NCBI GenBank assembly: GCA_050747745.1
Contig: JBOGKM010000098.1
Span: 76,297-140,296, forward strand
Source: Terriglobales bacterium
Lineage (GTDB): Bacteria > Acidobacteriota > Terriglobia > Terriglobales > SCQP01
DNA length: 64,000 nucleotides
Reading direction: 5' to 3'
Both the position numbers and the translations under genes were made by a program. The number at the start of each line of letters is the position of its first letter. The stretch's first letter is position 1. Shown here piece by piece: positions 53,099 to 64,000 of this stretch. The notes below the pieces were generated by a model. The model was not told where the DNA came from. It ran no database searches and saw nothing but the letters and a program-made list of their open reading frames with translations.

Positions 53099-54634
53099 AT
53101 GGCGTTGCTGATTCCCTACTTCGTGGTGCTGGGGATTCTGGCCTGTTACGGGTTTCACCGCTACTCGCTCGTGTTTTTGTACTACAAGCACCGCAAGCGG
53201 GAGACCGGCGAGCCGGGGGCGCGCTTTGAGCTGGTGCCGCGGGTGACGGTGCAGTTGCCGATCTATAACGAGCAGTACGTGGTGGAGCGACTGGTGGAAT
53301 CGATCTGCCGGCTGGATTACCCGCGCGACCGGCTGGAGATCCAACTCCTGGACGATTCCACCGACGAAACCCAGGCGGTGGCGCGGGCGGCGGTGGCACG
53401 GGCGGCAGCGGCGGGCGCGCCCATCGTGTACCTGCACCGCAGCAACCGCAGCGGGTTCAAGGCGGGCGCGCTCGATGCCGGCATGGGGGCGGCGCGGGGC
53501 GAGCTGATCGCCATTTTTGACGCCGACTTCGTCGCGCCGGCGGATTTTCTGCGGCGCACGGTGGATTATTTCACGGATCCCAAGCTGGGCATGGTGCAGA
53601 CGCGCTGGGGATATATCAACCGCAACTACTCGTGGCTGACGCGGGTAGAGGCGATTTTGCTGGACGGGCATTTCGTCATGGAACACGGCGGACGGCACCG
53701 CGCCGATCTGTACTTCAACTTCAACGGCACAGCGGGGATTTGGCGGCGGGAGGCGATTGCAGAAGCGGGGGGATGGCAGCACGACACGCTGACCGAAGAC
53801 ACCGACCTGAGCTACCGGGCCCAGCTCTGCGGGTGGAAGTTCATTTACCTGCCGCAAGTGGTGTGTCCGTCCGAGCTGCCGGTGGACATGAACGCCTTCA
53901 AGGTGCAGCAGGCGAGGTGGGCGAAGGGGCTGATCCAGGTATCGAAAAAAATCCTGCCGCGCCTGCTGCGGCGCAAAGATGTGGACGCGCACCACAAAAT
54001 CGAAGCCTGGTGCCACCTGACCAACAACATCAGCTATCCGCTGATGATCATTCTGTGCACGCTGCTGCTGCCGGCGATGATCGTGCGCTTTTACCAGGGT
54101 TGGTTCCAGATGCTCTACATCGACCTGCCGCTGTTCGTGGCTTCGACCTGCTCGATCTCGTCGTTTTACGTGGCATCGCAGCGCGAGCTGTATCCGCACA
54201 AGTGGTACTCGACGCTGCTGTACGTACCCATGGTGCTGGCCATCGGCATTGGGCTGACGGTGACCAACACGCAGGCGGTGCTGGAGGCGTTGCTGGGGGT
54301 CAAGAGTTCGTTCAAGCGGACGCCCAAGTTCCACATCGAATCGCGGTCGGACGAGCAGGCAAGCATGGCGCGCAAGAAAAAATACGGCCGCAAGGTGGGC
54401 TGGTCGCCGCTGCTGGAGCTGGCGCTGGGAGCGATCTTTCTGGCGGTAACGATCTATGCCTGGCAGATGGAAAACTACCTGACGATTCCGTTCCTGCTGT
54501 TGTTCGTGATCGGCTACTTCACCACGGGCTTGCTGTCGCTATTCCAGGGGCGGGTGCGGGGGCGCGGGCGGGCGGTGGCAGCGCCGGCGGCCAAGGAAGA
54601 GGCGGCATCGCTGGCTAGTACAGGTGGAAGTTGA
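53099..54634 (+). CDS. Family 2 glycosyltransferase, processive synthase type (cellulose synthase/CslA-like; no PilZ domain)
   Basis: [38 protein letters not shown] and QQARWAKG (QxxRW), plus C-terminal TMs. I chose the start at [10 protein letters not shown]: this gives an N-out TM followed by KHRKRE, and it avoids a 5'-5' overlap with the divergent gene. The track start is 52892 and TTG 52952 is also possible. Confidence 0.8.
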   Translation: MALLIPYFVVLGILACYGFHRYSLVFLYYKHRKRETGEPGARFELVPRVTVQLPIYNEQYVVERLVESICRLDYPRDRLEIQLLDDSTDETQAVARAAVARAAAAGAPIVYLHRSNRSGFKAGALDAGMGAARGELIAIFDADFVAPADFLRRTVDYFTDPKLGMVQTRWGYINRNYSWLTRVEAILLDGHFVMEHGGRHRADLYFNFNGTAGIWRREAIAEAGGWQHDTLTEDTDLSYRAQLCGWKFIYLPQVVCPSELPVDMNAFKVQQARWAKGLIQVSKKILPRLLRRKDVDAHHKIEAWCHLTNNISYPLMIILCTLLLPAMIVRFYQGWFQMLYIDLPLFVASTCSISSFYVASQRELYPHKWYSTLLYVPMVLAIGIGLTVTNTQAVLEALLGVKSSFKRTPKFHIESRSDEQASMARKKKYGRKVGWSPLLELALGAIFLAVTIYAWQMENYLTIPFLLLFVIGYFTTGLLSLFQGRVRGRGRAVAAPAAKEEAASLASTGGS

Positions 54635-55523
54635 CTTCGATGTCGGCCATGACGGCGATGCGTTTGCCGTACTTGTCTCGGGCGGGCAGGAAGCGCCACA
54701 GGAGCACGGCCTTGAGCGCCTTCTGATCCAGGCCCAAACCTAGCGGCTGTACCACGTGCGCCGCGGTGACCTGGCCGTCGGCGTTGATCTGGACCTGGAC
54801 GATGCAGGTGCCCTGGAAACGGGCCTTGCGGGCGGCGGCGGTATACTCGGGATCGACCTTGAAAATGATCACGGGGCTGGTCGCGGCGACTTCACCGGCA
54901 TCGGCGCAGTTGGGACCGACACAGGTGCCACCAGCCGAACCCGAGCCGGTGCCGCCGGGGCCACCGCCGCTGCCGCCACCGCCGCCTGGGGGACCGGAAA
55001 CCGGCCCGATGTTGCCGAACGACGGCACGTTTTCGGTCAATTGCGGCGCCAGCAGGGCGGGCGTGCTCATGGGGTGCGGATCGGGCGTTTGCACCAGCTT
55101 GGGCAGGACCAGACGGGGCGCGCCGCCGCCTGACCTGCGCACCAAGCGGTGAAAATCGACCGTCTTGACCACGGTGGGCGCGTAGATGGGGGTGATGGTC
55201 ATCGCTTTTTCGATCTGGACGCGCACCGGGCGCCAGAAGGGCAGCAAGGCGATGCCAATGATGACGACGTGAATGCCGAGCGCAGTCAGGCGGCTCGAGA
55301 GCGGCTTCTCCCGCGACCAGATGTCCTTGACCGGAATGGGCTGGGACTCGAGCACCAGCGCGGGCGGCTTTTCGGAACGGAAGCCGCGCCGGACCCAGGC
55401 AGCAAAATCCTTCCAGACCGAGGACGGAGCCTGGGCCTGGAACAGCTCGTGCTTTGGTGAGCCCGGTGGTACCGGGCTGCCGGGGCTGCTGTTGTCTCCT
55501 GGTTTCTGAGACTGATCCGCCAT
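54615..55523 (-). CDS. TonB-family protein (C-terminal TonB domain)
   Basis: TM LTALGIHVVIIGIALLPFW, Gly/Pro linker PPGGGGGSGGGPGGTGSG, and C-terminal domain PEYTAAARKARFQGTCIVQVQINADGQVTAAHVVQPLGLGLDQKALKAVLLWRF. Confidence 0.85.
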   Translation of the reverse strand: MADQSQKPGDNSSPGSPVPPGSPKHELFQAQAPSSVWKDFAAWVRRGFRSEKPPALVLESQPIPVKDIWSREKPLSSRLTALGIHVVIIGIALLPFWRPVRVQIEKAMTITPIYAPTVVKTVDFHRLVRRSGGGAPRLVLPKLVQTPDPHPMSTPALLAPQLTENVPSFGNIGPVSGPPGGGGGSGGGPGGTGSGSAGGTCVGPNCADAGEVAATSPVIIFKVDPEYTAAARKARFQGTCIVQVQINADGQVTAAHVVQPLGLGLDQKALKAVLLWRFLPARDKYGKRIAVMADIEVNFHLY

Positions 55524-55621
55524 GCGGTTCCTGGTCCTTTGCGAGGCCGGTGTGGACGGCCCTCCCCATGCTTTATACGCAGTCTAGCACGCCGGGGTTG
55601 CGGGTGGCACGGCCGGGCGGA

Positions 55622-56476
55622 TCAGTAGAGGTGAAAATTAACTTGGATATCGGCGCGCACGCGCACCGGATGGCCATTGCGCTCGGCGGGCTGGAAGCGC
55701 CACAACGCGACCGCCTCGAGGGCCTTCTGGTCGAGGCCAAGTCCAACGGAACGAAGGATTTGGGCGTCGTAGACGCGGCCGTCGGCGCCGATGATGACGG
55801 CGATAATGATTGTTCCCTGGAATTTGGCCTCGCGGGCGGCAGGGGAATACTGGGGTTGGGGATCGAAGATGGGAATCGGGGTGGAGATATTGCCGCCGAC
55901 ACGGCAGGGAGCATTGCGGCAAGCGCCGCCGCCAGACGCGTCGTCGCCAGGGCCGCCCGGCCCCTTGCCGACGGCGCCAAAGCTATTGCCCGGCGGAGCG
56001 GCGATGGGGCCGAACTGGCCAAACTGGGGCAGCGGGGCGTTGGCGGGCGCGGTGGCGGGGATGAGTTGGAAGGACGCCTGCGCGGGCTGGGGATGCAGGG
56101 GCGCGGGCAACAACTTGGGCGGGACAGGCAGATGGAGGGGCACGCCGCCGCCCGCCAAATGGCGAAACTTCGGCAGGGTTGGATCGGGAGCGTAGATGGT
56201 GGGAATGAGGATGGTCTGCTCCGGTTGGGCGACGGGCAAATGCACCGGACGCCAGAACGGAAACAGGATCACGGCGATTACGGCCAAATTAATGGCGACG
56301 GAGATGAGGCGATGGCGCAGGCGTGGCGGATGAGTCCAGATCTGCTTTACCGGAATCGGCTGGGAGTCGAGGGAAAGCTCAGGAAGCGAGGTCGGGTGAA
56401 TCCATTCGCGCAATTCGCGCGCCAATTGACGCCATAGCGGCGGATGTTCCGGGATTTGGAATTCCGGGAAATCCAT
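55622..56476 (-). CDS. TonB-family protein (paralogue of the adjacent gene)
   Basis: Same architecture as its neighbour: LSLDSQPIPVKQIW, TM LISVAINLAVIAVILFPFW, and C-terminal PQYSPAAREAKFQGTIIIAVIIGADGRVYDAQILRSVGLGLDQKALEAVALWRF. Confidence 0.85.
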   Translation of the reverse strand: MDFPEFQIPEHPPLWRQLARELREWIHPTSLPELSLDSQPIPVKQIWTHPPRLRHRLISVAINLAVIAVILFPFWRPVHLPVAQPEQTILIPTIYAPDPTLPKFRHLAGGGVPLHLPVPPKLLPAPLHPQPAQASFQLIPATAPANAPLPQFGQFGPIAAPPGNSFGAVGKGPGGPGDDASGGGACRNAPCRVGGNISTPIPIFDPQPQYSPAAREAKFQGTIIIAVIIGADGRVYDAQILRSVGLGLDQKALEAVALWRFQPAERNGHPVRVRADIQVNFHLY

Positions 56477-56558
56477 GCGATGCGCTCAGCAACCTTAGAA
56501 GGTCAGACTGCCTCGAGGGGCCAACAGGTTGCGCGCGGGAAAGCCTATATCCGCTGGC

Positions 56559-56564
56559 TATAAT
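56559..56564 (+). promoter_or_regulatory. Consensus -10 hexamer TATAAT, 6 nt upstream of the ileS GTG
   Basis: GGCTATAATtggaagGTG. A perfect TATAAT is expected only about twice by chance in 64 kb at this base composition (my estimate). Confidence 0.4.
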
Positions 56565-56570
56565 TGGAAG

Positions 56571-59399
<2,829 letters not shown>

Positions 59400-59416
59400 G
59401 GCGCCGACGGCAGAGC

Positions 59417-59944
59417 ATGGCGGGCGGACGGGCATGGCGGTACGTGGCGGCGGGGGCGGCGGTATTCGTGGCCGATCAGTGGAGCAAGGGACGGGTGGAC
59501 CGCACGCCGTTCGATTTCGACCACACCGTCATTCCCGGGTTGTTCAGTATTGTCCACGCGGAAAATCCGGGCGTGGCCTTTGGGATGTTTCAGAACGCCG
59601 CCCCCGCCTTCCGCGATCTGCTCATCAGCGGCTCCAGCCTGGCGCTGGTGATCGTGCTGGCGCTATTGTGGCGCAGCCGCCAGTCGGCGCGCACCGGTTA
59701 CGCCATGGCGCTGATTGCCGGCGGCGCGTGCGGCAACCTGATGGACCGGGTGTTGCACGGGCGGGTGTCGGATTTCCTGCTGTTTTATGTGGGCAGCCAT
59801 AGCTGGCCGGTGTTCAACATCGCCGACAGCGCCATCGTGGTGGGGGCGGCGCTGCTGGCGTGGGGTATTCTACATGAACAGCCCGCCGCAAAGGCCGCGC
59901 CGCAGGCGGCGGGCGAAGAGGCCCGGCCGGCACCCAGCCGTTGA
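59417..59944 (+). CDS. lspA: Signal peptidase II
   Basis: The real start is MAGGRAWRYVAAGAAVFVADQWSK. Contains NPGVAFGMF and VFNIADSAIVVGA. Confidence 0.9.
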   Translation: MAGGRAWRYVAAGAAVFVADQWSKGRVDRTPFDFDHTVIPGLFSIVHAENPGVAFGMFQNAAPAFRDLLISGSSLALVIVLALLWRSRQSARTGYAMALIAGGACGNLMDRVLHGRVSDFLLFYVGSHSWPVFNIADSAIVVGAALLAWGILHEQPAAKAAPQAAGEEARPAPSR

Positions 59945-59947
59945 ATC

Positions 59948-60748
59948 ATGTATCCGATTCTGCTGCAAATCAAAGATTTCACGCTACACACCTACGGGTT
60001 GCTGGTGGCCATCGGCTTTATTACCGGCATCTACGTGGCGCGGCACTTTGCCCGCCGCTTCGGGCTGGATCCGGAGCGCATTTTCAATTTGGCGGTCTAT
60101 CTCGCGCTGGCGGCAATCGCGGGCGCCAAGCTGTTCCTGGTCATCCAGGACTTTCACGAATACGTGCGCTATCCCAGCGAGTTGCTGAGCTTGGGATTCG
60201 TGGAGTCGGCGGGCATTTTTTATGGAGGCCTGATCTGCGCGCTGGTGGTGCTGACGCTGTATGTGCACCGGCAGCGGCTGCGCTGGCTGGCGGTGGGCGA
60301 CGCGGTGGCGCCGGGGGTGGCCATTGGACACTCGATCGGACGGCTGGGATGCTTTTCCGCGGGTTGCTGCTGGGGCAGGCCGACGACGGGATTTTTCGGC
60401 TACATCTTTCACAACACCTATGCCCACGCGACCACGGGGGTGCCGCTGGGAGTGGAATTGTATCCCACGCAATTGCTGATGTCGGCGGGCGGGCTGGTGA
60501 TCTTTCTAATCTTGTGGCGGGTGGCGAAACGGCGCGTCTTCGAGGGCCAAGTCACGGCCGTCTACCTGGTCTGCTACGGCGTGTTCCGCTTCCTGATTGA
60601 TTTTCTGCGCTATTACGCGCCGCAGGCAATGCTGTTCCACGGGCTGATGACGGACGCGCAGTTCACCAGCCTCTGCATGATCGCGCTGGCGGTTGGCATA
60701 TGGGCCCTGCGGGCACACCGGACGGCGGCGGCAGCCACCGCGGCCTAG
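59948..60748 (+). CDS. lgt: Prolipoprotein diacylglyceryl transferase
   Basis: MYPILLQIKDFTLHTYGLLVAIGFI, GRLGCFSAGCCWG, YPTQL. Confidence 0.92.
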   Translation: MYPILLQIKDFTLHTYGLLVAIGFITGIYVARHFARRFGLDPERIFNLAVYLALAAIAGAKLFLVIQDFHEYVRYPSELLSLGFVESAGIFYGGLICALVVLTLYVHRQRLRWLAVGDAVAPGVAIGHSIGRLGCFSAGCCWGRPTTGFFGYIFHNTYAHATTGVPLGVELYPTQLLMSAGGLVIFLILWRVAKRRVFEGQVTAVYLVCYGVFRFLIDFLRYYAPQAMLFHGLMTDAQFTSLCMIALAVGIWALRAHRTAAAATAA

Positions 60749-61767
60749 GCGCAGGCGCGCGGGCGCAGTGGAGCGCGGCGGCGGCGGGGCGGCTGGACCG
60801 GCTGCTGCAAACGGAATGGCCGCAATGGAGCCGGGCGCGGCTGCAGGCGCAAATCCGCGCGGGCGCGGTGCACGTGAACGGCCGCGTGGAGGTGCGCCCG
60901 GCGGCAAAGCTGCAGGCCGGGGATCGGGTGGAAATACAGCTGGCCGCACCGCCGCCGGTGGCCGCGCGGGCGGGGGCCGAGGCGATACCGCTCGACATTC
61001 TCTTCGAGGATGACTGGCTGGCGGTGGTCAACAAACCCGCCGGACTGGTGGTGCATCCGGGCGCGGGCCAGGCGTCGGGGACGCTGGTCAATGCCCTGCT
61101 GCACCGTTATGGACGGCTGAGTGAAAGCGGGGGCGAGCAGCGGCCGGGGATCGTTCACCGCCTCGACCGCTCGACCAGCGGGGTGATGGTGATCGCCCGC
61201 ACGGATGCCGCGCACCAGCACCTGAGCGCGCAATTTCAGGCACGCACGGTGGTGAAGCGCTACGACGCGCTGGTGCAGGGGGTGCCCGCGGCGGCGGCGG
61301 GAGAAATCGAGTTGGCGGTGGCGCGCGACCTGCGCCAGCGGGTGCGCATGACCACGCGCCGCCCGGCGGCGCATGGGCGCGCGGCGCATACCAGCTACCG
61401 GGTGCGGGAAGCTTTTCCGGCTCCGCCGGCGACGCCGCCGCAACTGCGGGCGGCGTGCAGCTTCGCACTGGTCGAACTGCGGCTGCACACGGGGCGCACC
61501 CACCAGATCCGGGTGCACCTGGCGGCCGTCGGGCATCCGGTGATAGGCGACCACCTCTACGGCGGGGCCGCCCAACTGGCGGGCCCGGGCGAGCTGGCCG
61601 GCTGGGCTCCGCCACGGGTCATGTTGCACGCGGCGGAGCTGGAGTTTTCCCATCCGGGGAGCGGCGAACGGCTGCGCTTCACCGCTCCCTGGCCGGAGGA
61701 GATGGAATCGCTAGGCCAGCGGCTGCGAGGCGCCCTCCCGCTGCCGCCGACGCAAGTGCGTCGTTGA
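60700..61767 (+). CDS. rluD: RluA/RluD-family 23S rRNA pseudouridine synthase
   Basis: S4-like RLDRLLQ...SRARLQAQIRAGAVHVNG, catalytic HRLDRSTSGVMVIART, and HQIRVHLA. The only in-frame ATG/GTG/TTG start overlaps lgt by 49 nt. Confidence 0.88.
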   Translation: MGPAGTPDGGGSHRGLGAGARAQWSAAAAGRLDRLLQTEWPQWSRARLQAQIRAGAVHVNGRVEVRPAAKLQAGDRVEIQLAAPPPVAARAGAEAIPLDILFEDDWLAVVNKPAGLVVHPGAGQASGTLVNALLHRYGRLSESGGEQRPGIVHRLDRSTSGVMVIARTDAAHQHLSAQFQARTVVKRYDALVQGVPAAAAGEIELAVARDLRQRVRMTTRRPAAHGRAAHTSYRVREAFPAPPATPPQLRAACSFALVELRLHTGRTHQIRVHLAAVGHPVIGDHLYGGAAQLAGPGELAGWAPPRVMLHAAELEFSHPGSGERLRFTAPWPEEMESLGQRLRGALPLPPTQVRR

Positions 61768-61932
61768 CCCTCGCGCCGCTTGCATCTCGCCTCTTCCCAG
61801 AAGTGGCTCCCCGGCAGGGACCCGCCGTTCCGAATTACTACCACCCCAGCCCGCGGGTCTGGCCGTGCGGTCTTGTCCCAAGCCATTTGGGCAACTCGGG
61901 CGCAACTGCCGGAGCGGGCGGGAGCAGCAGGC

Positions 61933-61938
61933 TATAAT
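61933..61938 (+). promoter_or_regulatory. Consensus -10 hexamer TATAAT, 8 nt upstream of the VWA-protein ATG
   Basis: GGCTATAATcggagaagATG; same GGCTATAAT context as ileS. Confidence 0.4.
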
Positions 61939-61946
61939 CGGAGAAG

Positions 61947-62906
61947 ATGTTGCGGACGTGCGGATCCACGGCTGCCCTACTGCTGCTGCTGGCGGCGGTG
62001 TGCCTGGCACAAGGCGCGCAGAGCAAACCGCAGCAGGCCAAGAAGGCCGCCCGGCAAACACCGATAATCATCGCCAACGTGAACTCGGTGCCGCTGGTGT
62101 TCGTCGCCCTCGACAAGCATCACCATTTCGTCGCCGATCTGACCCAGAACGACATCGAGGTCTTCGACAACGGCAAGCGCCAGCAGATCCAGCAGTTCAC
62201 CTCGGAAGGCAACCTGCCGCTGCGCATCGCCATGCTACTGGATGTAAGCCAGAGCGTGTCCACCCGCTTTCAATTCGAGCAGCGTGCCGCTATTGATTTC
62301 CTGCAATCGGCGCTGATGGAGGGTCGTGATCAGGCCATGGTGGCCGGTTTTGATACATCGCTCCATATCGTCCAGCCGTTTACCGACAATTACGCCCAGC
62401 TCGCCCAGGCCATCAACCTGCTGCGCCCCTCGGGCGGAACGGCGCTGTACGATGCGCTATTTTTCACGGCCCACAACGACTTCGGTCCCGGCGCGGGCGA
62501 AGCCGGATCCGCGCGCAACGTCATCGTCATCATCAGCGATGGCGACGACGACCAGAGCCGCTACAGCGAAAGCGAGGCAGTGGCCATGGCGCAGGACGCG
62601 GGCGCGGTGATCTACACCATCGGCACCGAGCCCACCGGCGCCGACGCCGCAGACGATGACGTGCTCAAGACGTTTGCGAATGACACCGGCGGGCGCTCGT
62701 ATTTTCCCATATCCGCCAGCGACCTGGGCAGCGCCTTCAAGTCCATCATGAGCGACCTGCGCCACCAATACGTGGTGGCCTACAGCCCCAACGACCTGGT
62801 GCCCAACGGCGAGTTCCACAAAGTCGAAATCAAGGTCCTGCGCAAAGGCGTGACCGCGCGCACGCGCAAGGGCTATTACGCCCGCACCCTCTCCGGACCG
62901 TACTGA
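61947..62906 (+). CDS. Secreted von Willebrand factor type A (VWA) domain protein
   Basis: Signal peptide MLRTCGSTAALLLLLAAVCLAQG. MIDAS-like LLDVSQS...GGTALYDAL...IISDGDD. Confidence 0.85.
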   Translation: MLRTCGSTAALLLLLAAVCLAQGAQSKPQQAKKAARQTPIIIANVNSVPLVFVALDKHHHFVADLTQNDIEVFDNGKRQQIQQFTSEGNLPLRIAMLLDVSQSVSTRFQFEQRAAIDFLQSALMEGRDQAMVAGFDTSLHIVQPFTDNYAQLAQAINLLRPSGGTALYDALFFTAHNDFGPGAGEAGSARNVIVIISDGDDDQSRYSESEAVAMAQDAGAVIYTIGTEPTGADAADDDVLKTFANDTGGRSYFPISASDLGSAFKSIMSDLRHQYVVAYSPNDLVPNGEFHKVEIKVLRKGVTARTRKGYYARTLSGPY

Positions 62907-62935
62907 AGGACGGACAGGACAGGAGCGGGGCGATT

Positions 62936-62941
62936 TATCAT
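62936..62941 (+). promoter_or_regulatory. -10-like hexamer TATCAT, 6 nt upstream of the der ATG
   Basis: Read from the sequence. Confidence 0.3.
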
Positions 62942-62947
62942 CGAAAG

Positions 62948-64000
62948 ATGTCCTCCGCAGCCGACGTGGCCATTGTGGGGCGGCCCAACGTGGGCAAGTC
63001 CACGCTGTTCAACCGCCTGACGCGCTCGCGGCGCGCCATTGTCGGCAATGAGCCTGGCATCACGCGCGACCGCATAGCGGGCGTGAGCAAATGGCGCGGG
63101 CGGAGCTTCACGCTCGTGGACACCGGCGGCTTGCTTCCCGGCGAAGAGGCCGAAATCCCCACGGCCGTACTGGCGCAGGCGGAAGCGGCCATGGCCGCCG
63201 CTCAGGTAGTGCTGGTGGTGGTGGACGGGCGCGAAGAATTGACTGCCGCGGACCTGGAGCTGAGCCAAAAAGTGCGCTGCCTGGACAAGCCGGTGCTGCT
63301 GCTGGTGAACAAGCTCGAGGGCCAGAAGCGCGATACCGCACTGGGTCCGTTTTACCGGCTGGGGCAGCAGGAGATATTTCCGGTCAGCGCCGAAACCGGC
63401 AGCGGCCTGGATGCGGTGCTGGACCGGGTGACGGAGCTGCTAGAACAGGGTCACAGTAGCCGTAGTTCGGGCGGTGGGAAGGGGGCGGCAGGCGACGACT
63501 ACAGTGATTCCGCCCTAGGGCCGGAGGCGGCGCCTTCGGACGCCGAGACCGCCGCGGAAACCCGCGTGGCCATCGTGGGCCACCCCAACGTGGGCAAGTC
63601 CACGCTGCTCAACCAGCTTACGGGCGAAACGCGCGTCATAGTAAGTGCGCAGGCGGGCACGACGCGCGACGCGGTGGATGCACTGATCGAATACCACGGG
63701 GCGCGCTATCGCCTGGTGGACACCGCCGGAATCCGCCGCAAGGGCGCCACCCGCCTGCTGGCGGAAAAGCTCAGCGTGGTCATGGCGCGGAAGCATCTGG
63801 AAGCCGCGGACGTGGCGCTGATTCTGCTGGACGCGGCCGAGGCCGAGGAGGGCGGGGTGCTGGCGCTGGACGCCACCATAGCCGGCTACGCGGTCGAGGC
63901 GCACCGCTCTTGCGTGCTGGTGGCCAACAAATGGGATCGGGCGCGGGCGCTGGGGCGCACCCGATCCGAGTACGAGCAGCGGGTGAGGGAGCGGCTGAAA
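62948..64000 (+). CDS. der: Ribosome-assembly GTPase Der/EngA (3' end runs off the window; absent from the ORF track)
   Basis: My own translation gives MSSAADVAIVGRPNVGKSTLFNRL...DTGG...NKLE, then a second G domain RVAIVGHPNVGKSTLLNQL...DTAGIRR...NKWD. This tandem GTPase architecture is diagnostic. Confidence 0.92.
   Translation, partial: MSSAADVAIVGRPNVGKSTLFNRLTRSRRAIVGNEPGITRDRIAGVSKWRGRSFTLVDTGGLLPGEEAEIPTAVLAQAEAAMAAAQVVLVVVDGREELTAADLELSQKVRCLDKPVLLLVNKLEGQKRDTALGPFYRLGQQEIFPVSAETGSGLDAVLDRVTELLEQGHSSRSSGGGKGAAGDDYSDSALGPEAAPSDAETAAETRVAIVGHPNVGKSTLLNQLTGETRVIVSAQAGTTRDAVDALIEYHGARYRLVDTAGIRRKGATRLLAEKLSVVMARKHLEAADVALILLDAAEAEEGGVLALDATIAGYAVEAHRSCVLVANKWDRARALGRTRSEYEQRVRERLK

Overview
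This is a high-GC window (roughly two-thirds G+C by eye) that is almost fully coding. It reads as core chromosome, not an accessory island. I recognise no rRNA, tRNA, CRISPR array, transposase, integrase, prophage or known defence genes. The mix of protein families (TonB-like tandem genes, a secreted VWA protein, CarboxypepD_reg-like domains) suggests an Acidobacteriota-like organism, but that is only an inference.

Gene content, left to right:
- An OmpR-type response regulator, cut by the left edge.
- A System I cytochrome c maturation operon (ccmF-ccmH-like-two extra genes-ccmE-ccmABCD) running into IMPase and metallophosphoesterase genes.
- An RND efflux operon.
- An rsmB-GGDEF-hybrid kinase block.
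- A long ThyX-like gene.
- An EF-G-paralogue/AhpD-like/S51-peptidase operon with a DsbA remnant.
- uvrD/pcrA, waaA, a TPR protein, rhodanese, TauE+DUF1634, dnaB, an MFS transporter, rhomboid, ppiase, trxB.
- M24 peptidase, accBC, thiE, two APC permeases, fur, a HAMP-PP2C phosphatase.
- A small basic protein plus a methyltransferase, then maf.
- A GT-C/GT2 membrane glycosyltransferase pair and two tandem TonB-like genes.
- ileS-lspA-lgt-rluD, a VWA protein, and der, cut by the right edge.

The ORF track omits edge-truncated genes and ORFs under 60 codons, so I added the response regulator, der and a 55-codon ccmD. Many long antisense ORFs in the track are high-GC shadow frames.

I did not find a clear-cut novel multi-gene system. 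The best leads are:
1. A hybrid variant of the Ccm system: Cys-type CcmE, an atypical CcmH Cys cluster, and two embedded genes with CcmI-like helices, one carrying a beta-sandwich ectodomain.
2. An EF-G paralogue with degenerate GTPase motifs, translationally coupled to an AhpD-like protein and to a lipoprotein peptidase that seems to start at CTG.
3. A 430-bp AT-rich, ORF-poor island holding an 11-bp-period, Pho-box-like direct repeat and a strand-biased excess of GGA motifs.
4. A recurrent -10-like hexamer 5-8 nt upstream of the start codon of at least eleven operon-leading genes, which suggests widespread leaderless mRNAs.

All functional calls rest on motif recognition by eye. No database search was run.
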